Positions 13,714-25,349 of a stretch of 64,000 nt of DNA are shown piece after piece (position 1 is the first letter of the stretch; every line of letters begins with the position of its first letter). The position numbers and the translations under genes are program-made. The notes under the pieces are model-generated. The model made no database searches. It was not told the DNA's origin and was given only the letters and a program-made list of their open reading frames with translations. This DNA is from Curvularia clavata (lineage: Eukaryota): NCBI GenBank assembly GCA_023920165.1, contig CP089275.1, positions 3,038,001 through 3,102,000 of the forward strand, read 5' to 3'.

Positions 13714-14813
13714 TTAATCCGCCTCGGCCACGCCACCCTCGTCGCTTGTGCTCTCATCCTCGTCACCGCTGACCTCCTGGTTCTCACGCTCACGTTTCTC
13801 CATAAGCGCAGCCAGCTCGGCGTCATCGTTCTCAGTGACGGCCTTGGGCGCCATCTTGACTTGGCAGTCACCGCCTGCCTTGGAAATGTTCTCCTTGATG
13901 TCGATGATGGCTTGTTCGAGGCATGCAATGCCAGCGTTCTTGTCGAGACATTGCGAGGTAAGGACTATGGGTATATTAGTAAAAATTTCGCTGCTTTCCT
14001 GCACTTTCCATAACATACCGTACAGAGGAGGCGATACCAGCTTAACCTTGACCTGGTTCTCGGGAGTGTTCTTCGCCTCAGCACATCGCAGAGCCTCCTT
14101 GACGGCATCGATGCCCTCGTAGCCGAAGCAGGTGACTATACACATCAGTAACAGACCCATGCCCCATCATCCTGCCCACGTACCTTCAATATCCGAGCGG
14201 ACCTTGGTAGGCTGTGGTGTCAACCTCTTGCCAATGTAGCTCTGAAGCTCTTCCTTGACCACCTCGTTGGGGAAAGTGACATCGTTCCACACCTCCGGGT
14301 TGGTGATACTGAGCTTGAACGCATCAATCGAGTGTCCATACTTCTTGTTGAGCGGCCAGCCGATCGTCTGGTAGATCTCCTCAATGGGTGTCTGCGTCTT
14401 CTCGGCAACGTGGCGCATAATGCTGTGCACCATCTTGGACTTGTTGTACCGCTCCTCGCACTTGACAATGTCTTCGGGCGACACTCGGCGCTTCGACAAA
14501 TCAATGTAGCCCTTGTCTTTGTCCACACGCAACACAACGACAACCTCGTTGCGACCAACTCGGATCAGCTTCTGGATCGATCGAATACGCCTTCGCGACA
14601 GTTCGGACAGGAGAATCATGCCGTCGATGTTGTCTTCATCCTTGTTAGCCCCAGAACTACGGAATACAACCCATTGTATTTTCCCGGGAACCCACCATAT
14701 TCCAACAGCTTTACGTATGCACCCATCTCTGCAATCTGCTTGACATTGACCATGACGAAGCTCTCCACCTCCGGGTACTTCTCCTCGTAAAACCGACAAT
14801 TTGTGAGAGACAT
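13714..14813 (-). CDS. SUI2: Translation initiation factor eIF2 alpha subunit
   Basis: [15 protein letters not shown] start, S1 domain with the [14 protein letters not shown] phospho-Ser motif, and KLVSPPLYV. Introns at 14634-14695, ~14131-14183 and 13965-14018. Confidence 0.98.
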
Positions 14814-15464
14814 GATGAATCTATGCTCCTGCTCCTATCCTATGTGGTGTTGTAGTAGTGTCGATCGGTCGGCTGCCTCTTTGGTATTCTCGTCGTCGCT
14901 GTCTGTGTGTGATGTTTTTTTTGTCGTTTGAGCAGTCCTTTTGTGCGGCTGGGATTCGGTGCGGCGACAAAATTCGGATCGATTCGTTTTGGGTGCCTAA
15001 AACGCCGCGATGGAGTGTGGTAAAGCGGAGACTGCAGTGTGAGACGTCCGAAGGCGTTTAGTTGGCAAAGTGACTCAAAGATTTGCCCAACCCACTGTGT
15101 GAGGCCTTCGCCCCGCCGCCGCCGTGGGGCAATGTGTGCTAGTCCGCTTTTGGCATAGCGCTATGTGGGAGACTTGGTTGTCGTCAAGGACATTGTAAAA
15201 TGACACTCAAATGCTAGGGAAGAGTGATGGACAGGATAAGCATGTGGGCAGTCATTTGTTCTTCAATCGATCCACAAAAACATTAACATTCAACGAAAGT
15301 ATCGTATTTCCTTCGCGAGTCGCACTGCACTATAAAACCCCTATCACTTATACGTCAAACGAAGAGAACCACTTCCTCTCCCATGAAAGTCCTTGTATCT
15401 CACAATCCTGACACTTCGCATCGCTATGATTGAAAAATCGGCTGCACGTTAGTAGTGTCGCTGT

Positions 15465-16131
15465 CTAGAATCCCAGAGCCATCAAGACACCTCCGGCAAG
15501 GACGACAGCACCGACGTTAGTAGCATCAGCAGCGGCAGTGAACAGCGGCATGGAGTTGTTAGGAGTAGCATAGGTAGCGCTGAGCATGGCGCTACCGCTA
15601 GTTTCCGCTACAGTGGCGGTAGTGCTTGCCGTAGTGTTTGCCGTGGTGCTCGCGTTGCTGTGATGCGAGGAGGAAAGGGTGAGCGTGGGAGCAGACATCA
15701 TGGAGGTTGCAGTTCCGTCGGTCATGGTGGTGGTGTGGTTCATCTTAACCGAAGTACGAGTGACAGTCCTGGTCGAGCTCATGGTGACCGTCTTGGTTGC
15801 GTTCATGGTTGTCGTGGACATGGCCTGCGGTGAGTGTGAGTCGAATGTATAAGGTTTTTTGCACAGTGAAGATGGGAGTATTTACGATTGATTCGCCATA
15901 CTGTCCAGGGATACTGACGGTGCTGTTGGGCATGGTCATGGGCTCGGACACAGTGGCAACCTCACATGCCTTGTTTGAGGAGGTAGATGCCATAGCGGAG
16001 ACGAAGGTGACGGACGTCATATATTGAATCGACGTGACCGCCGGCACCAGCTCTGACGAAAAGACATTGCTGGAGACAGCGACATTGAGGAGTGCCATGA
16101 CGGCAACAAGGAAAGGCTTAACGCAAGGCAT
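15465..16131 (-). CDS. Secreted Ser/Thr/Met-rich, probably GPI-anchored cell-wall protein
   Basis: Signal peptide MPCVKPFLVAVMALLNVAVSS. A phase-0 intron at 15825-15885 (GTAAAT..CTCAC..CAG) joins the two ORFs. The body is S/T-rich and the C-terminus PLFTAAADATNVGAVVLAGGVLMALGF resembles a GPI signal. Confidence 0.8.
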
Positions 16132-16316
16132 TGTTGAATTTTTGATGATGTCTGGAGTCAAGAGTGTAGCTTGGTTTTGCGTTGAGCGGCGTTGGCGGGT
16201 CAAGGTACAGCTGGATTAACGAGAGTGGAAGTTGAATTTGAGAAAGTTAAAAGGGCAGCTTCGAGGCATTTATCAATGGCGGCGGGCGTTTGTTTGTAGG
16301 CAGAGAGACCGTGCGG

Positions 16317-16336
16317 CGACGACGACGACGACGACG
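16317..16336. repeat. (GAC)n microsatellite
   Basis: cgacgacgacgacgacgacg, upstream of the GPI-protein gene. Confidence 0.7.
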
Positions 16337-16693
16337 GTGACATCATTGAATTAAATGAGCTTCTAGACCTCTATTTTGACGTTTGCTAGAATTTGCGTCT
16401 GTTGGTCATATCTGACTGGTAACTTGCTCGCCAATGCTGTGTACAGTCATGTGGATGGCATGAACTGTGCGTCGAGACATCACCAAGGGAATCATAAACT
16501 AGCAAAATTTCCAAATGATCCGAGAGAGATCTTGGTAATCACTACCTAACATCGAATGCATCCATATTGATTGACCCACAAGATCGCAGTGTCTTCTCAT
16601 CCTTTTAGTCCGCCCATAGGACTGAATGTCGTCTTTTGATCCAGCTAGTCTCATCACCTGCCTACATTGTCTCCATGCTCTCGTCAACCTCCC

Positions 16694-18133
16694 CTACTCA
16701 GCTGCCCCCCCACTCCTTCTTTCCATTCGCCGTTTCTCTGCCTTCGCAATTCCCAGCTTTAACCCCTCGCCCACGACACCGTGCAGCGCCAGAAACGGGA
16801 ACGTGAGAACATGACGAATGGGAAACTGGAAATGAAGCTTTACCTTTTCTGTGCTCAGGTTGATACTTATCTGATTCTTTTTCTCTTCTATGTCTCCATC
16901 TGTCCTCAAGCGGTTGACAGTGGACTGGATGAGTGCACGACGAGCGACAGGGCGTTCCTCAAATCTTCCTTTCTCTTTCCATTCCGCCAATGCATTGAGG
17001 TCGAGGTTCTGAGGCCCGAATGGCCTCAAAGGAACCCTCAGCGCACGGCTTAATGCCTGTACCTGTAGGACGTTGAGTTGAAGTGGCGGCGTGAAAGCAT
17101 TACGCCAGCTAAGGTACCAATCCAAACACTCAGTCATGCAGCGAGCGTCAAGACCAGATGCCAAATGACGCAGACCTCGTGTTATATCGTCGAGCGTGGG
17201 GACCGTAAAGCCGCCGCTCATATCTATGATGTATTTTCCAGGTGAAAGATGAAGGGTGTGTAGATTGCGATCGTGCTTCAAGTTGAAAGTGTCGGACTTG
17301 AAGCCGGGTATAACCTTTTTGAAGGAGTCTCGTTGGAAGGTATTCATGAGTGACATCGTGATGTGATGGGAAGGGGTGCCGCGGAAGAAGGCCTTTTGTT
17401 TATATATTAGTTAGCTGAAGCTTGAGAGAGAAGATATACTCGCCTCAATTTCCAATATATCGCCACCCCTGTATTCGTTTTTAGCCAAACGCAGTGAAAC
17501 ATCTCGCCACCGGACGTGGTGAGGGTAGTATGCTAGGATTTCTTTGGCGGAGAGAGGGATACCAGGAGGAAATATTGCATCGATTGGTACCGCGTCGTCG
17601 TACCAGGTAAACCTTGGTCCAAGTCCTTTGGCTGACAGATCGGTAGGCCGAACTGTTAAGAGGATACTGCGCATATTGAAATCTTGCGTCTCATCAACCC
17701 AGGGGCGATTGAACAGAGGATATGTCTTCGTGGATGATGTAGAGCCTATAATGCGTGGGCATTGTTCGGGTTTGCCTGACCTTGCTGTCATCAAACGATT
17801 GGATGTTTCTTCCAGGATGAGCCTGCCCGAAAAGCGTAGTCTGACAGTCAAGCTATATGGATAGTAGCCTAAGCTTTCATCTTGCGCCGAGCAGTCTAAA
17901 AGCTTGTACCTTGCCATTGATAGCCAGACATTTCTTTTGGCAGTTTCCGCTTTCCGTTTGAATGCTTCCACCCTCACCGTTGTGTGCAGAGTCTCAGCAT
18001 GAAGCTGTTGCCTCGCACGCTCTGGCGTACCGGCAAATAGCTGCATCTCGCAGAGCCTTCTACTCTCATCATTGTAGTGTTCGCCTGCACTTGCACTTTC
18101 CAGCTCACCGCGAACTGGATTTTCATACTCCAT
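16694..18133 (-). CDS. Hypothetical protein; start uncertain (MEYENP at 18133 or further upstream)
   Basis: Two long same-frame ORFs (17411-18487 and 16694-17356) are joined in frame by an apparent GC-AG intron at 17393-17443. The segment DAIFPPGIPLSAKEILAYYPHHVRW looks globular. Confidence 0.6.
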
Positions 18134-18970
18134 TTTGTGGCAAGTTGACTGATTTCTCGCGGATACAGAATCTGGTCGCGTAGTAGTGCCAGTCGTGGGT
18201 CGATATTCGAGTTGAGTCGCGCAAAGGTTAAACTTGCAGACAAAGTCTTGCACGTATCCAACGACTGTTGCATCAATGCTGTGAACACTATGTCCACTGC
18301 AGTGCGGGACTATGGCGCTAAATACATAGTAGGGATAACAAACGCGCAGAACAAGCTCTTGTGGTATATGATGCACTTTCGTTTGTGGTTCCGCTTTCAT
18401 TGTGATATTTTGCGTAGCGAAAGTAAAGGTAAACAGCACTTGCCGCACTCTCAAAATCGCCTGCTTTCGTGAACGCAAGTCGACCAAAGGCGAGGTGTCT
18501 CACCATACCTACGATCGCAGCATGAAAGGTGTTAATGTTCTAGAGTGTCTGGAGAGCTCGCATAAGGTTCCTACCCAAGAGTCGAACAGCCGAATGAGTG
18601 CGGCTATTGGTACCTTACGGCTGGTATCACTCAACACCGCGATTTTGTCTTTAGCTGCTTCATTGTAAGCTCACTGGTAGAAATGATTGGGTGCTGGAAA
18701 TACTGAACAAAGCGGGAAAAGGAACCAATTAGTACAGAGTCGATCCCCAGATGTTGGAACGACACGCTAATGGGTCAGTTGGAGAGACACAATATGAGCA
18801 AATGATTGTTGCTAGCATTTGACATGTACTTCATCTCAGCTTTTCTAGAATCATTCCAGGTGCGGGGTTTTTTCGTGAGGCAGCGTCTTTTCCAGACTTA
18901 GCAAACTGCATTTATGCATTTGACACCCAAGATTTAGAGCATTGTTCCACTTAAACGATTGCAAAAAATC

Positions 18971-19417
18971 TCATAGCTTTGCCTTGATCCCAAAGCTCTT
19001 CTCCACAGCCTCCACTCCCTTCTTCGCAACATCGTCGTCTTGACTAGGCGTCCCGGTGCTACATCCCACTGCCCCCACGACCACTCCGTCTTTCTTGATT
19101 GGAACACCTCCCGCAATCGTCATGAAGCGGCCTCCGTTACTGTGATTGATGCCGTAGGCCGGGCCACCGGGCCAAACGGCGTCTTTGTAGATGGATGTTG
19201 GACTGCGATGGCCAGCTGCAGTGTAGGCCTTGTCGATGGCAATGTTGATTGATGTAATCTTAGCGCCTTCCATGCGTGCAAATGCGAGCAAATGGCAAGC
19301 GTTGTCCATGACTGCGATGTTCATGGGTACGTTGATTTCCTTGGCGCGTGCCTCAGCAGCTTCGAGTGCGACGCGCGCGCCATCGAGGGTCAACGTCGGG
19401 ACCTGTTTTGTGCTCAT
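18971..19417 (-). CDS. DUF336 / GlcG / HbpS-like heme-binding protein with C-terminal PTS1 (-AKL)
   Basis: Intronless, 148 aa. PMNIAVMD..HLLAFARMEGA..SINIAIDKAYTAA and GGVPI..GVVVGAVGCS.G...QD are typical of the family. Ends IKAKL. TATA-like TATAA near 19432-19437. Confidence 0.9.
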   Translation of the reverse strand: MSTKQVPTLTLDGARVALEAAEARAKEINVPMNIAVMDNACHLLAFARMEGAKITSINIAIDKAYTAAGHRSPTSIYKDAVWPGGPAYGINHSNGGRFMTIAGGVPIKKDGVVVGAVGCSTGTPSQDDDVAKKGVEAVEKSFGIKAKL

Positions 19418-21769
19418 ATTGTTGGAAGTGGTTATAATGGCTCACAGAAGCGTTGGTAGGCAAGCAGTTATTGTGTATAAGGAGGGATAGGTGTTGGAGC
19501 AGGTTGAATGTTGGAGCCTCGGATAATGACGGGCTTTGATATCCATGACGGAGATCCTTCGTGATTCGCCGCTTGCTTGGATTCGTGAACTCGACGCGTC
19601 TAGTCTGGCTGACTACTTTATGTTCGGCAGATGTTGCTGTGCCGGAAATAAGAGCCTTTACTGTATATTTGGAGAGGGCAATGGTCTGAGGGTTCAAGCT
19701 TTTGCGTCCTTCGTTGCATCGACTACATGATCACGTGACCAAACCCACTATGCAAATGTCAGCCCGTCATTCATGCGGCACTGGAGAAAGAAGAGCGCAA
19801 GTATCCTAGATCATGAATCATTTTACTAACCACTCAACTGGCTTTGGCCCACGGGCTGACACTGGGAGAAAGTCATCAAACCGCCTACCTCTCTTTTGCA
19901 TCTATTTTTTTTGTGCAACTACTATATCTCGTATTTGATAAGACTGTAGTTGTATTGTAGGCCCATCAAACGTTCTTAGAGTGAGCCTGTCCCTAGCCAC
20001 AAACAGCTTCTCAAAGATCGTAGAGTACTAATGGCAATTTGTGATTGCTGGTAAGCAAGTGGAAAATGTCTGTTGATACAGGTCATCCAGAAACACGTCA
20101 CGAACCGCATTCTGGGTCCCATCTAGAATTATTTTGTTCCATCAGACCTTGGCGTATCCACATCTTCCAGAAGGCCCGTTGTGTTTAGTCGAAAAGATCG
20201 GGCCTTCTTCATCATCGCGTATTGAGTAAACATAGTACTTCAGTCAAGGATACTCAAGATGACCCACTTGGCATTCTGTCCATGACCAACTCGAGACGAA
20301 TGCCCCCTGCTACAGTGAAAGGCTAACCTTCCCTCAACCTTATCAAACGCCTAGAGTCATTGACACTGCAATTGGCTTCTGAAGCCTCCAAAAACCGATA
20401 TCGGGGATTTTACTAAGGCCCCCTGCGTGATGATATGGGTACAGCGACTGTGTACATGGACACATCCTTGCGTTATAATACGTGTGTCATACCGACATTT
20501 GTCCCGCTATTGCATCTGTTAGTCGCAGCATCTGCAGCTACATATTGGCATGTACGTATACCAAACCCAATTCCCGAGAGAGTGTATGCATCTATCACAT
20601 GCGCTCTGCCCATTGCTCTGATCCAGGGGGCGGGGAAGGCCAGGCTGGGGGCCTGGGGCGGATCCTTGACCTTGAAGAATCAATTGCAACAATCTGCTCG
20701 CCTCGATCCAGCGAAATCGTCCTTGCCACAGTCCGCAAAGTTGTGCAGAAATTCTGCAAACCCTCTGCTGCAAGCCCTAGGTGAATTTGTTGGTTGTGCA
20801 TGGCAGCTTGCCCCAGATAATCGGGCACTTCTGCATATTACGCACGAGGTCATCCCGGACATAGATATAGTGTAAACCAGCTGACGTAGCTCAAACGCGC
20901 CATTTATCTTTGGGCGGTCCGAAGGGCGATAGCGTTATTCGTGCTGGAGAAGAGATTGAAAAATAAACAGCTGAATATCCACCCATGTGTACCAGATCTG
21001 TGGTTGCAGCAAGCAGCACCGACGAGCGGCGACTTGTCTCGGGAGAACACGTGCAGGGCAATAAGGAGGGACTTCTGCAAGGGCCACCCTGTCTACCGCA
21101 GAAGTGCCGGCGCTAGCATGAATGCGGCAGGGCCGCGTCTGTCACACTAAGGCAAGCTCTTCGCACCGCCACTCTCCTTACAGATCCCATTGTTATCTAG
21201 CACGTACCAACCAGGATCCTACACAAAAATCTCCGATCGAGTTCCCTTTGCATGGTTTGGACATCACTTGATATCGGGCCAAGCCATGCATAGTTGTCAC
21301 ACGTCTCGGACGCCCCCGCGTTAGGCGCACCGGCGGGCCTGCGAGTCAGGGCAATTGCGACAGGAAGTGGAGCATTCGTTGATCGTCTACGCATGCACGT
21401 TAGCCCTCGTCTAAAAAGAATTTCGTTCTTTGCTTCTCAGGCCAATCATGTGCGGCCGGAATCGCTTCTATTGGTTCACTGACGGCAAGCATACCGCTTC
21501 ATCGATTCTGGTGCCATGGTAGTCTGGTTGAGCAAAACGCGGTCGGGCCACTGCCGACCGTCAGAGATATCATGCTGCATTCCAGCTACCTTTAGTCTCG
21601 GCCGCATCCTAGCCGTCTTTCCTGGCTTTCCTCTCTTTCATCTCCACAGCTGACAGCTTGGCACACAAGTGACACTGTCTGTATTCAATTACCGGTTCGC
21701 ACATTGGAACGTATACACCAACCAGACACACAGCTCTTCGCCACATTCACAACTGCGAACTGGACCAAC

Positions 21770-22612
21770 ATGTCAGGTATTCTTTGCGCCTGGGCTAACT
21801 TGCCCGAAGAAGTGGCAGAGTGGTTCAAAAATACCTACTTGCAAAACCAGCGTACCATAGATTGCATACACAGCATACATTGCGAGGTCACGGCCAGCGG
21901 AATGGAACACGAACCAGTCGGAAAGTTAGACGCACCATGGCCCTATCTCACAGTACACGAGGTGAAAGATGTCAAATGGGCAAACAAGCAACTTGAAGAA
22001 GCCGCCAACAACCTGCCGGAAGAGGCCAAGACTGGTCCGCTCAAGCATATCCATTTCGACGTGCGATCATATAAGGAAGTGAAGAGGTGGCAGGATGAGG
22101 ATTGGGAGGGCATGGGTGGCGATGGTAAGAAAGTCAGTTCAGACAAAGCGGGTCCTGACCTAATGCCGCTAGACATTGAGCACGTCGCGAGCATAGCAGC
22201 CATGGAATGGACCGTGGCAGCTGACAAAGAGGAAGAAGTCCTCAAATTTTACCAAGAAACCGTCGGCCCTACGATTGCCAGCTCGCCCGATGTGCTGCGT
22301 TTCCGTCTCTTCAAGATCGACTGCGCAATGACCATAGACAAGGAGCAGCAATGCAATTTCAAGGATGTACAGCAGCTTCACAAGTACTTTACTCTTGTGG
22401 AGCTTGAGGGTGAAGAGTGGCCTTGGGATGTTGTTGTCGACCTTGCCGAGGAACAAGGTTGGAAAGACTACTTTGAAACACAGCAAGTCGTGGTACGTAG
22501 TGTCAACGCAAATCATTCAGACTTCGCTAATCAAACTCAGAAATGGCAACTTAGTCATTACCTGGTCGACAAGACAGTCACCCCGCAAAAGCAAGAAGCT
22601 TCCGCTTCTTAA
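21770..22612 (+). CDS. Hypothetical protein, possibly dimeric alpha+beta barrel (EthD-like) fold
   Basis: Long ORF with likely start MSGILCAW. Two 48-nt GT-AG introns (22125-22172, 22493-22540) have branch sites. The fold guess comes only from the two-halves pattern (EWF....Y / F.RFRLF). Confidence 0.7.
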   Translation: MSGILCAWANLPEEVAEWFKNTYLQNQRTIDCIHSIHCEVTASGMEHEPVGKLDAPWPYLTVHEVKDVKWANKQLEEAANNLPEEAKTGPLKHIHFDVRSYKEVKRWQDEDWEGMGGDGKKVSSDKAGPDLMPLDIEHVASIAAMEWTVAADKEEEVLKFYQETVGPTIASSPDVLRFRLFKIDCAMTIDKEQQCNFKDVQQLHKYFTLVELEGEEWPWDVVVDLAEEQGWKDYFETQQVVVRSVNANHSDFANQTQKWQLSHYLVDKTVTPQKQEASAS

Positions 22613-25333
22613 GCAGTCTATGAGATCGAACAGGCCCCTGGATCATTGAGCTGTGCTCATATAAACTATATTCCTCCGATTGAGAGACATACACTGCTGG
22701 AGGATCTAAAGAGCTGAAGAGAAGCGCCGCTGGCTCCTGTCTACCACAAGAAGCTATTCAAGTCAGGTCGTGTTCCTTTGGGGCGTTCCAGTCCAAGTGG
22801 ACATGCGCCGGGCTCTCTCCGCAACTCATATGGAGCCACAAGGCTGGCCTCTTGAACCAGACTCCATGCAAAGATGGAAGCGATTGTGAGCCAATGCATA
22901 CCACGCCATTGCGACAGCTTCGAAATTAGACGGAGTCCACTCTAAACCCGCATCCGCATACCAGCCCGATGCCAGAGTCGTATAATGAACAATCTATTCG
23001 CGTCAGTTGCATGCTACTACTCCGCTTGACATAGTCTCCTCATTCATTCGACGGGGTCTTCTTCTCCCCCTTGAATCTCTTGAATTGAGCTGTCCACGCC
23101 TACTGATGGATACTCAACAAGCCCGCAAGCGCCTGCACATCGCCGAGTCAACCCGTGTCACCATAGTAACCTCATCATACATTTTTGGGGATGTGAGGGG
23201 AAACAATGGGGGAATGGGGGGTTGGGGTAACCAAACTAACCAGGAGCTATCTTCAAACCTGAATTAGCATTAGCACTTCCCGTAACTAAGCCCGTACTAA
23301 GCCCAACGATACCTTTGGGCCCATCTATCAGTTCATTAGTCAAAACCATGAACCCCGTCGCCACAGGCTGTGGCCAAAGCTTTTTGCGGCTGACTTGCAG
23401 ACCGCTTCTGAATCTTTTCATATCATCTCGTATACTCGCACATCTTTTCACTGTATGATTTTGGCAAGGTTCTACAAGCACCTCGTGACATCGTGCATGA
23501 TATGCAGGGTTTTTTAACCAGCGGTGCACCACGCCATCAATGCTGTTGGTGGTGCCCGAAGTTACCTTGCTCACAACATGCAGTATACTCTTTCGGTCCA
23601 TATAACGTCGATTGTGGCTTTTCAGGGTCTGATTCTACATTTTTTCTCGTGGTGCGGTGAATGGAAATAGGTCTTGCCTACATGCATAAGTCAATGGGAC
23701 CGGCCGCTAGACCGAGCACAATGCCACCGATAATGTGATAGCAGGCGAGCAGGGTGCTGGGTCTGGGGCCTGTTGAATGATTTTCTATGAGATTTTCCTT
23801 GGTGAAGCTTTAGCGTCCGTTAGCTTCTCTTTTCCCTAGCACTTCTTCCCGTCTTTTAGAGGGATACTACCTGTCGGGTACTGACAGCTGTAGCTTTTTA
23901 GTATCCAAAGATCTTTTCTGGTTAGTTTGGCCGCCTCGAGAGTCGATAGTAATATGTTTTTCTTCCTAATTAGCCATCTAAGGTGCCAGGTGTACAGTAT
24001 ACCACACAGTTGTGTTCCGGTGAGCTTTTCCGTCGATGCATCCGTGAGTATGCCGGTGACAAAATTAGCTGTCTCCGGCTCTCCTTATACGCTGCCGACA
24101 GCGCGCCCTGCCAAGTGGTTTTCGTATTCTAATTACTGGTCTTCTAGCCCTGGCTTCTGGTTTCAAACACACTCTACGTTTACTGACCGCTCTTTGTGTC
24201 GTTCGCGGGGCCTACTCCGGTGGATATGAGTTGTCTGGATCGACGCTTTCTTGTGACGTATGCTCCCTGGTTAACCCTGCATGTATTGAGGATATTGCTT
24301 TGGTTTCTAGTTTTGCAGTGGTAGGACAACTCACTCTCTATTTTGAAGAGTTCACACTCTACCCGTAGCAACTGCAGACCCGGCACATCCATATCCAGGT
24401 AACCCTGCAAATCTCTATCTTACATAAACAATATGATGATTAGCTAATAGAAAGACGTTGAGCGAGAAAATAAGCGTGATTGATTGCCATGGTTTACAAA
24501 ACATGCGCACTCTAGTGCCACGATCGGCCACACCGAGTAGGAGGGCAGTGTAGTCCGAGGTTGACAACGCTAACCCGTATGGAGGAGGTTTTGAGGGAGG
24601 TTTGGTAGGACGACGGGTCTGACTCGTGTCCAATTTTCCATCACGACGCGTACACCTGCATGTAGACGTATGTAGGCATTCACAATCTGCTGCCTACTAT
24701 ACAGCTTTTTTCAAGAGCTCGGCCCGTATAGACTCTCATTCGAAGTTATGTGAGAGAGTATCGTCGGTGCTGCGAAAGGCTAACAAGTTAATTACATAAT
24801 ATAGTCAGACTCCAAAATAATCATGATTTGGGCTTTACTGGTAACCATGATATGAAGTCTTCCTTTGATTTATAAGTCTGAGGTCCAACTCATCGCTTGA
24901 GAACATGTACTTGAAATCGTAAATTATCATCAGTAAAAAGATGTAACTATGAATTTATATTTTATTAAAGTAGGGAAATCTAAAAAGATATCAATGGAAA
25001 TATGATTCAAAATGTTACTCCATCCCCTAGCTACTAAAAGCCAAGGCAGAAACAAAGCTGTCATCGTTCGTGAGTAAATCTGGGATGTACCGTATAGCTG
25101 ATAGAGGTATTCCAGCAGATGTTCTCTGGAGAGCAAAAAATAACATCTTAGAATTTGACAACATTTCTACCCATTGCAGGGACGATCGGATATACTATAG
25201 ATCGATGTTATTGTCAAGAGCACTTACTATTGATATGCCCACCAAGGCATAACAGCTTTGTCAGAGGCAAAAAAGCAGAAGCTCCTGCCCTCAGATTTGG
25301 AAAGCAAAGACATCTCGAGGCTGACGAAACAGC

Positions 25334-25340
25334 AAAAAAA
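25334..25340 (-). terminator. RNA polymerase III oligo-T terminator of the tRNA-Pro gene
   Basis: A7 on the plus strand gives T7 on the minus strand, about 10 nt downstream of the discriminator base. Confidence 0.75.
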
Positions 25341-25349
25341 GTGATGAAT

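Noticed and set aside
19700..21600. Possible gene in ORF 20435-20875 and neighbours
   Set aside because: No motif, codon bias or convincing splice structure, so treated as intergenic.
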